Source: Flectonema sp. DT1601
Lineage: Eukaryota
Assembly: GCA_964019425.1 (NCBI GenBank)
Contig: OZ025781.1
Coordinates: forward strand, 1,674,001 to 1,738,000
Direction of reading: 5' to 3'
DNA: 64,000 bases
The position numbers were made by a program, and so were the translations under genes. Shown piece by piece: positions 54,424-64,000 of the stretch. Numbering within the stretch: the stretch's first letter is position 1; every line of letters starts with the position of its first letter. The notes below the pieces were generated by a model, which saw nothing but the letters and a program-made list of their open reading frames with translations, did no database searches and had not been told where the DNA came from.

Positions 54424-57400
54424 ATGCCACTTAATGACAAGGAAGAGGCATCAACATCTGAAGTAGACAGCGACGAAGCTGAGAAACCGAAAAACAATAA
54501 AGCACCTCAGATACGGAAGAGCCCATTATTATTAGCGGCAGTGAAGATAATTGGAAAGGGTGATGACGATAAATTGGAAGGAAGAACTATTCCGTGGAAG
54601 AGATCGCGAGAGCAGCTTAAAAATACAATTCTACAGAAGATGGTCGACAAAGCAGCAGGAAAATTATCTCAAAAAGAAGAAAGCGACTTGTCGAGTATGG
54701 TACTCGAGCAAAAGAGAGAAGACACTGTTCGGTATAAAAAAGAGCGGGAAGAGCTTCGTAGGAAGCTGTGCGACATGCAACGCCAGCTGTGCGAAAGTAA
54801 AACTCGCATCACAGAATTAGAGGAGCTTACTGATGAACAACAACAACAGTCGATGAGGGACAACAACGCTGCTGATATAGTGATGTCACTCGAACAGACT
54901 GCTTCTGTTGCTAAAAATAAATTGTCATCACTCACATCGCTCATGGACGACGATGAATCTGCAGACATCCAAAACCAGAAGAAAATGTTCACCGAAAAGG
55001 CTCTCGCAGAACTCAAAATCAAAAACGATCGACTTCAACACCGCGTAGAGACCTTGACATTCCAACTGGTTAAACAGAAGAGAAATCCTCCGAAGTATGT
55101 TTTTATTATTTGTGTTCCTATTCGTTGAGAAACTCTAACGTAACAACTAAATCAGGAAATTAATCGGAAGCAATAAAGTGTTCGATCTACTTTCTAAAAT
55201 AAAAGAAGAGATGAGAGAACTAAGAACAGAAGTAGATGAACAATTTACTTCTGCTACATTAGATGTAAACAAAGCTCTAACAGGAATACAATTAGTACCA
55301 TTAGTACCTTTAGAAATTATTATGAATTGTAAGAAGAGTGTTTCAGCGCTGTTTGCAGCAGCGAAGAAAGGATGCGAAACGATTGACGTTACGAAACCTG
55401 ACCTCCCTCACAGTTTGTCGGATGACGCGAAAGAGTTGATAATATTGTTATGGAAATGTCTTCCTCTGGTCACAACAACGATTAGTAATTTAATTTCATC
55501 ATACGAACATCTTGATGAAGACACAGAACCATCTGTCTCGGAAGTTGAAGTTACGATGGTCAACTCACCTGAGGTGGAGGAAATAATTCCGACACGAGAA
55601 CAAAACACATCTTTCATAAAAAAGGATTCCTCAATTCTCATAATTGAACCAGTTAAAGAAATAGAAATGACATCCTTCCAGTGTTCTACTTGTCAACAAA
55701 GAGAAAAAGAATCAACTCCAACAACTAGTTGTTTGATAACGGATTTAGCTGACTCAAAAATGGATCAAATTCTCATTCAGCAACTCAGAGCTCGAGTTGC
55801 AGACCTTCAGATGCAATTAGAAATCATACAAGACCAGGTGAGTACTGTTGTCGTACCTGATCCTCCTGTTCATTCCTTACGAAGTATTGGAATCGGAACT
55901 ACACCACCAATTTCATTATCGAGTTCTCCACGAGTTGTTGAGAAAGTACCAAAAGTCTTATCTACAGTCGTTCCTGTAGAACTACAACATGTGTTGCCAA
56001 GTAATCCTTCTGAGAATACACTCCCACCACCACAACAAGTAGCTCCACAATCATCACCAGCAGTTCAGCCATTACCTTATTGCTTTGTCTGTCGTTGGGA
56101 ACACGCACAAGCAAAGAAACGCGAGGCACGCAAGAAGGGAATTTCAGACTGGAGAAATGATTTATCTTCGTGGCTGAACAAAAAAAAGGGCGTGCGATAC
56201 GGAGATAAGTTGAGTCGCAAAGAGATGATTGAAATGAGGAAAAAGGGACAGATGGAAACCACAATAGAAGAATCAGGTAATGAGGAGTTGAATTATTCGA
56301 AACCTCAGCAGCCGGGAAGTTCGTTGGATTCGTTGATAGATGAGCGGGTTGTCACTCCTTCGAATCCTTTATTAGAAAGTACCGTCCAATTAACGTCATC
56401 ATCACCATCACTATTTCCATTACAATTACCTGAAAACAATAATTCTCATGGGTTAATTCATTCATCTAATGCAGTTGATACATCAAGTCCAGTGTGTTCT
56501 ATGCTGTTGCCTTCTTTAAGTAATTCAGACATGGCTGCCTCACAGTCTGGAAAGCGACTTCTTCAAAATGTCCAAAAAAGTCATCCTGCTCGTAATATCA
56601 CATTCATAAAACCGAAACAGCCGTCATATAGTGAGGTCAGTCCATTCACAGTCGATAAGGGAAAAGAAGAACAAAGGAGTGGCGTTACTTCTCTTTCTTC
56701 TCGTGGGAGTGCTCAAGGATTGGGAATTAAGAACCCACCACAAGCATCACGTGGGCGAGAAAAGGAAGCTCCAGAAATTTGTAGCCAGCAACTTATTAAA
56801 AATGTTAGTCAATCAGGTAGTAGAAATGTCGCCTCATACACAAAGGTTGACGCTATGAGTACCACGTGTTATGGAAATAGAACTCGATCTCCTTTTAATT
56901 TGAGTGAATTCATGGAATCCGCAAACCATTCTTCTGGTGGATTCGACTCAACGATGTGTTTAGGAAATCCATCCAGAACACCATTTAACATTAGAGAGTC
57001 AGCCTCAGTAAACCAATCCTCTCCACAAGAGATATCGAAGTCAATGTTATTTGGTACCTCATATTCACTTGATGATGATCCAGGACAACGTGAAGCAGTT
57101 ATGGATCACGTTAAAGTTATGGGGAAAGTGGCTGAAAGGGGGCGCGACGTCTCTCAGTGGCTTGCAGCAAGTAACAGCATAGTAAGGCCATCCTCACCTC
57201 CTAAGTTCCCAATAAGAGCAGCAATCCCTGCTGTTGAACGTTTATCTCCAAGTGATTCGAATCTTGGGAGTGATCTGTTCTCACTTGTGCGGCTACCAGT
57301 TTCGTCACAAGTTGATGTTGCGATGTTTCGGACTGTGTCCGTCTCCGTTACAAAATCTGATGTTCCTCCTGTTCACCCTTACCCCAGGAGAGATCATTTA

Positions 57401-57427
57401 TTGAAACCACCTGCAGTCTATCATTAA
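54424..57427 (+). CDS. Hypothetical coiled-coil / low-complexity protein; exons 54424-55094, 55156-57427
   Basis: Intron 55095-55155 (gtatgt...aaatcag) joins ORFs 54424 and 55178 in frame. Confidence 0.78.
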
Positions 57428-57865
57428 ATCTTATTACTATGTCTTCTCTATGTCTTTTACATGTCTTCCATGTCTTCTCCAAATATGTTAATTATAATTC
57501 ATCGATTACAGCGCCGTACCGTTTTGGTACTTTTGGTTTGTTTTGCCGTTTCAGTCTTTTCATTTCTTATTTTGTGCGGTCTGCCAGACCATCGTTACCC
57601 ACTTCCCCTTTTCTAAGGGTGAAGGATAAACCGAGTCGACATGTACCTTTAGCGAGTTTCCTTGAGGACGTGTTGTTGATTTTTTCTTTTTTTTCTTTTT
57701 TTTGGTGTTTTCACGACAAGCTCAGATTGTCCATATACTTCCCTCTTTTGGGACACCTCATTTATACACAATATAAACTCTGTCTGATGTTCAGCCAGTT
57801 TAATAATTTGTTTAAACCTGTTGAGTTGCTTATATAATTATATTCACAGGGGTCCGATCCTTACA

Positions 57866-59542
57866 ATGATGACAATATATAGAGAGGGCCTCCTTTCAAA
57901 ATATGCAATCGGCAAGAGCACCGGACTGACACGTAAAAATTGGAAAGAACGATGGTTTGTTATTGACGAAGTAGGACTTCGATACTATAAAAAGATGCCT
58001 CCGAAGGATGCAAAGAAGAGAGCTCAATCAGAGAAAGGATGCATTAAGTGGACTGAAGTGGTTGGTGTAAATGAAGCGAATAAGGAAATACATCCAGCAG
58101 CGATAGATCCAAAATATCAATACTTTTGTGTGAGGTTTGTTGCCTCTGACAGTCAAGTTACATACACATTGCTACTTAGAACAAAGAATCACGAAGAAAG
58201 ACAGCAGTGGATCGATGAAATGATATCAGCTTGTGGATTAAAGTGCAATCGTGCTACGATAAAGATGTTGAAAGAAGAAGAAGACTACGACACTGATGAT
58301 GATCTTCTCAGTAAAACTACTTCACAGGAAGACTCTAAACCTGCAGGAAGTGGTGCTCTCCTCATCCTGCGAGCACTCGTATCAAAGAATAAGAAACGAT
58401 TTGTCTCCGGAAGATTTAATTTAGATTTAGTTTATATTACTGACCAACTCATCGCAATGGGATTCCCTGCAAAGGGAAAAGAAGCATTCTATAGGAATCC
58501 TGTTGAAGAAGTAGAACAATTCTTTATGACTCATCACCCTGGTTCGTTTAGAGTTTATAATTTATGTAAAGAGAGAGAATATAGTAAAAGTGTATTGGGA
58601 GGTTCTTGGGAGAGATTCCCTTTTGAAGATCACAACCCACCTCCATTGTCACTAATCCCTCGTTGTGTGCAATGCATCAGACGATTCTTAGAAGATACTG
58701 AGAATGGTGTAGCAGCTATTCATTGTAAAGCAGGTAAAGGAAGAACTGGTACTATTATATGTTCCTACTTATGTGCTTACTCTGGAATGACACCTGAAGA
58801 AAGTTTAGAATTCTTTGGCAGGAAGAGAACAGTTGATGGAAAAGGAGTCACCATTCCGTCACAGAAGAGATACGTTCACTACGCAGCTAGTCTAATGAGC
58901 CATGATAGTCAGTTTCCAATTATGATGACGGCAGTTAATATAAAAGAATTAAAGTTCAAGAGGCTACACCACCACAGTCAGAACGGTTCTGATGAACTTT
59001 ACGTTTTAATATACAAAAGAGGTAAAGATGGTAATCAGGAACTGTTCTTTGACTCCAGGTCTTCAAGTACCCGTACTGGTAATACTCTAGCACTTCAGGG
59101 ATGTCATGGGGCCAGTGGTGACTTGCGATTTGTAGTTCTCGAAGAGTCGAGGATACCTCTTATGGCTGATCAAGAGATGCTTCACTTTTGGTTAAACTCT
59201 GCCTTCATGACTGATGAGGGACTCACGTTAACGAAAAAGGAGCTTGATGGTCCTCACAAGGATAAACATGACAATACTTTTGATGCGAACTTTGCTATTT
59301 CTTTAGTTTATACACAAGCTGGATTAGTACAACAACCTGATGATGAATTTGAGACCACCTGGTCGTATGATAAATTAGGAACAGTAAAAGATTTACGTCC
59401 GCGTGGTAATGCTTTCGTTGGAAGTTACAACTCGTCCTCTCCAATTACTATTCCTTCAACCACTTGTGGGAACTATTCTCCAACTCATTCAAGGTCTCCG
59501 CAGACCATTTCTCAGGCGGGTAGCCCGCCGCTAATTCACTAG
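57866..59542 (+). CDS. PH domain + PTEN-family phosphoinositide phosphatase + C2 domain
   Basis: PH: REGLLSK...NWKERWFVI...LRYY...ERQQWI. PTEN: LVSKNKKRF, LDLVYIT, AMGFPA, FEDHNPP, HCKAGKGRTG, GVTIPSQKRY. C2: HFWLNSAF...LD. Confidence 0.93.
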   Translation: MMTIYREGLLSKYAIGKSTGLTRKNWKERWFVIDEVGLRYYKKMPPKDAKKRAQSEKGCIKWTEVVGVNEANKEIHPAAIDPKYQYFCVRFVASDSQVTYTLLLRTKNHEERQQWIDEMISACGLKCNRATIKMLKEEEDYDTDDDLLSKTTSQEDSKPAGSGALLILRALVSKNKKRFVSGRFNLDLVYITDQLIAMGFPAKGKEAFYRNPVEEVEQFFMTHHPGSFRVYNLCKEREYSKSVLGGSWERFPFEDHNPPPLSLIPRCVQCIRRFLEDTENGVAAIHCKAGKGRTGTIICSYLCAYSGMTPEESLEFFGRKRTVDGKGVTIPSQKRYVHYAASLMSHDSQFPIMMTAVNIKELKFKRLHHHSQNGSDELYVLIYKRGKDGNQELFFDSRSSSTRTGNTLALQGCHGASGDLRFVVLEESRIPLMADQEMLHFWLNSAFMTDEGLTLTKKELDGPHKDKHDNTFDANFAISLVYTQAGLVQQPDDEFETTWSYDKLGTVKDLRPRGNAFVGSYNSSSPITIPSTTCGNYSPTHSRSPQTISQAGSPPLIH

Positions 59543-60812
59543 TGTCTGCCTCCAAACCCAGTAACTTTCAATTATACTAAAAAAAAATCGTACAAAATAA
59601 AGATCAAAAAAAAAAAAAAAAAAAAAAAAACAACTCGTAAAATTAGAATCCAAATATCGCGCGATAAGCTCATCTGAGACGAACAATCTGATGATGGGAA
59701 GTAACAAAAATTAATTATTCGATTCCTCATTTCCTCTCTCGGTTGGTACTTTCCAAATACTAGCCGAATCTTTAGTTCGTAGTCGCGTCCTTTGGGCTCG
59801 CGATACAGGTGCCTGTTGCGACTACGTAAACAATCTCATGTAGAGATGGCAAGATGTTAACCTTGTCAGTACCAGGTCTCAGTAATTAGGATCATATTTT
59901 CATTCTTAATTGGTCTCGTCCACTATCCTGATTTGGTAGTACGTTCAATTAAGTATTAACAATAAAGTAGTTCTGTAGCTTTAACGTATTGTGACTGGTC
60001 TCCAGACTCCGAAGTCATCGTGTGGTCGTCAACAAAGATTAGTAGATATGCCCAACCTCGGTTTTTTAGTTGAATTATGTTTCATTCTTTTTTTTTTTTT
60101 CTGTTATTTGTCTTTGTGAGTTTTCGATAAGCGCCTTTCAAAATAGTTGTAGGTCACGAGGAGCTTTTTCTCTTGCAAAAAAAAAAAAAAAATAATAATA
60201 ATAACAATAATAAATAAAACCTCCCCTCTCCCAATACCTTATCGAGTATCAGTTGTTATTCTTTTTTTCGTTCTTTTTGTTGTTACTTTTTTCTTTTTTT
60301 TTTCTTAACAAAATAATGTGCAATTGTAAACAGGAGTTTGATGAGACCATTATGTCAAAGACTGAATTCAAGCACAATGTTAGAGCATTGACTAGGAAAT
60401 CGTGAATTCATTCGTTCCCCACCGCACATAAACCTCTTTTTTAACTTTTTCGGTTAAGTCGGTTCGCAGTTTCTTGCACAAAACAAAACATCAACACAAG
60501 TAATATATCCTTGTATAGTTTTTTATTTAAATTTTTAATTTTTTTTTTTTTTTTTTAAAGATCAAAAAAAAATCAAACAACTCTAATCAAAAGATGAGAT
60601 TAGTTTGTAATTATTTGGGTAACAGTTTGGTAGTAGACTAACACTCTTCTTTCTACGCTGTGGGTACTTTAACTGTTTACACCTCGTAATTTATTTTATT
60701 TTTATTTTTATTTCTGTTTCGTTTTTTATTTATTTGTGAAAAGACCAATTTAGTTTATTATTGTCAAAGTACTCCCCTCCTTTAAAATAGGAAGCCTTGT
60801 TGAGTACTTTCT

Positions 60813-60866
<54 letters not shown>

Positions 60867-63800
60867 CAATGAAATTCCTTACTCTATTTGTGTGGTTTTT
60901 GGATCGTTGCTATTAACAGGCTCTTTATGTCAAGTGAGTCTTAACACCAATACTGATGGTCACAACGTCCCTTCACACCTGAGGGATTCTTTACGGTTGT
61001 GTGGTATCAAATGACTGATATCCCGTAAGCTTACCATGTTGTACAAGTGTTAGGTTAAAATAAATAAATAATATTACTGACGTATATAAACAGCTTAAGT
61101 CACTCTTTGAATCTGTTTAATAAATTTAGTTCTGATTGATTTAAAGCATTTAAATGGGAAATTTAGTTCGGGAGCTTGTCTGGGTACAGATTGCTGCTGA
61201 ATAAGGTTATCTTTGAGAAGCTTTATAAAAAGATTTTTCCTTTAATTTTTGATTACTTCATATGTCATGTAGCTTTCTGAAACCCAATTCATATCCCCTA
61301 AGGTTGCTGTCCTTTTTTTTTTTTTTTTTTTTCTTTATGTTTTGAAATTCTGTTTTCCCTAATTATTTTACGTTTTTTTATATTTTTTTGTGTATTCTTT
61401 TTTTTTCTCTTCCCCTTCAAGTATGGCTGACCAGTTTTTTAAATTACAGTCACGCTAACTCTACTTAATCAAAAGTTTATATTTAAAATTAGTTTTTTTC
61501 TTTTGCTTTTCTTCCTTCTTTATCCATTAAAACGAAATGCTACGACCACGTTTCACGTTTTCTTCCCACACCTTTGTTTTCTTGGTGAGGTACTCTTCTT
61601 TCTCAAATTCAATTTCCCACTAACTAATTGGATACGTCGTGTTAGATTTGTCCTATTGATTTCCTCGTCTCTTCTACACTGATTGGGATTGAAATCTCTC
61701 TTTTTTTCTTTTTTTTTTTTTATCGTCTCTGAGTCTTGGGGAGGTTACCGTCGTCAGGAGGCATAAAAATAAAAAAAGACATCATCCGCTTGTTTTTCTT
61801 GATGTAAGTATCAGGATGACCCTCTGCTAAACAAGTTGTATGACTTTATCTTCTGCTCAACGTTGCTTTACATTACAACAAATGATGTTGCGGAGTTAAG
61901 AGAATCAGAATTGATTTTGAAAATCTAATGGCGGTGTTATTCCCGATGCCTTTTTCGAGTCTTATGTTCGCTTTTTTTTATTTAATAAGAAGAAGTGAAT
62001 ATTGTTATAAAATGGAAATTCCTTTTCCAAAATAATAATAAAGTTTGCACTGCCGACTCGGCAACGATTACTTTCTTTTTGATTGAATTATCTTTCGGAA
62101 GCTTTTGTTTATTCGTATTGCAGCCAAAATAGAAATACGCAAATCAAGTTTTTCGCTTTCGTGCTGCCGACTTCCAAGTGTAATTATTTTTTTTTGGTTT
62201 TTTTTTTTTTTTTTTTTTTTTCCTCATCCCATATTTTGCTCCGTGTTCAGAATTATTGTTCAACGGAGTGGTTTTTAAACTTCGCTTGTGGGACGATGGA
62301 TTGGCTAAGTATTGGAGACGTTATTATACGCGAACTGTTATAATGTCCCGCCTTTTTTTTTTTTGGAAAACGAGAGCAGGTTGCTTGTTTCATTATTTTG
62401 CAACTCTTTCGATGACCACACTACGGCAGGAACCGTTTTAGAGTAGCTTTAGCAAAGATAACTAACTGAATCCTACAGTGTGGTGCGAGTATGCTTCTGC
62501 AGTAGCAACATGCATGATGAAGATTCTGGAGAAATTATGTTTGAATAAAATTACAACTAAAAAAATCAATTTTATAAAAGATTAACGGGTCAATTCATAT
62601 TTTATAAGAGAATTGAAAATGTGAGTTCGTTTTCAGAGAGAAAAATATTCTTTTGTTGTATCTTTTGGTATTCTTGGAAAGCTCTCGGGGAGGGGGCTTT
62701 TTTTTTTCTTTTTCTCTTTTCTCTTTTGCAATTTCAGATAGGTAGTTTCTTTTATTCAACACGACTGTTGTTTTATCTTTTGTTTCGTATTTTGTCTCTT
62801 CTCTTGAAACAGAATCGAACGACATTTCAACAAAACTAATAAGTGAAGTGTTTGAGTGACTCTACGATCAATTGACTTCTCAACATTACTGGCTGACGAT
62901 GAGGAATAGAATGGTAAATATCACAGATGTTGTTGTAAAGCATACTTATCACTGTTCTGGTTCGCGCTCAGCAAGTTTTGTTGTTGTCAAAAGAGTCACT
63001 CACAGTTCTCTGGTCTGTCGGTAGTTTTGTCATTTTAGTCTTGTTATTATTATTATTTTTCCCCCCGAATTTTTATTTTTTATTTTTAGTTTTTTTTTTT
63101 TTTTGTTGAGAAAATTTTAGCGACCGAATTGACTTACGACAGCTTATTTGAAAATAATGGAATGTAACATTTCATAATATTTTGATTACGGAAGCGTTGG
63201 AAGCTAAAAAGACAAAGAAAAGTGCAACTCCTGCTGTCCACCGATTCTAATAAAGTTGTTGTTGTGAACTCATTTGAGACATCTCCTTTACATTCAAGAG
63301 AAGGTACGATATTACACACAAGACAACATGTTGTGAATAGAAGTCATTCAGGTCTTTATTAGGACGCAGTGAACGTCTTCAAAAAAAAAAAAAGAAAAAA
63401 GAAGTGATTCGCCTCCCAGCATAAAAATAAAGTAGTTGTTTCCTTTTATTCTCTCTTATTTATTTGGTTTTTTTTTTATTTTTATTAGGCTAAGCTACTG
63501 TGCTGCCACTGGCAGCCTAACTAACATTGTTGTGGTTGAGAGGGGGGGAAAAAAGGGAAAATAGAAAAAAAGAGTAATAATCACCAAAAACCCCCAAGAA
63601 TGTGATTAAGACAACTACCCACTCCACTACTTTTAACAAAAAAGTTACTTACGTCTGTTGTTCTTTTGCACTTTGGTTTTTTGTTTTTTGTTGTTGTTGC
63701 GATTAAATAAAGGAAAGCATCATTCTTTTGGTCGCTTCTACGGTTTGTGTTTGTGATTCGTGACACCTTTTTAAGACGTTTTTTTTTTTTTTTTTTTCAA

Positions 63801-64000
63801 TTCTATTGAAATGTTTTATCCAAAATATCGTCCTCGAAGTAGACTTATTACTTTGGTGAGGATACCTCTCGTTGTCGTCACAAAGTAGTAAATTACTATT
63901 TCTTGGTCCCAAAATTAAGAAGAGAACTTGCCTTCTCTCGGGGGAAGGTTTTCTGTTGGACAATATCACCTCTGATACCACACAGTGTTTTTACTAATTA

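Noticed and set aside
62083..63981. Short ORFs in the terminal region
   Set aside because: Dominated by homopolymer-derived poly-F/poly-K, mostly non-ATG starts, no motifs.

Overview
Eukaryotic, AT-rich nuclear DNA, most consistent with a euglenozoan and probably a diplonemid (inference). About 28 protein-coding genes all lie head-to-tail on the + strand, as in a polycistronic unit. Most have T-rich AG acceptors just upstream of the ATG, the hexokinase carries a PTS2 glycosomal signal, and there are 14 short (61-79 nt) GT-AG introns that I mapped by hand and that join several ORF-track entries into single genes. Recognisable products: LRR surface protein, D-2-hydroxyacid dehydrogenase, two ubiquitin-like+LRR paralogues, glucosidase I, hexokinase, dynamin/EHD-like GTPase with a mitochondrial-type presequence, FHA protein, SLC35F transporter, atypical tyrosine phosphatase, GFA/CENP-V, HOOK-like protein, arylsulfatase, a six-exon PPR protein, a METTL24-like methyltransferase and a PH-PTEN fusion. 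The last 4.4 kb has no credible gene. The most notable signals are: (1) a ~115-140 nt structured intergenic element present three times next to T-runs; (2) introns with T-rich 5' and A-rich 3' halves, contrasting with T-rich trans-splice acceptors; (3) a PPR + PIN-like + acidic-repeat protein that is a candidate mitochondrial RNA-processing factor; (4) a UBL-LRR gene whose 75-bp repeats vary mainly at a few codons. All family assignments come from motif recognition; no searches were run.
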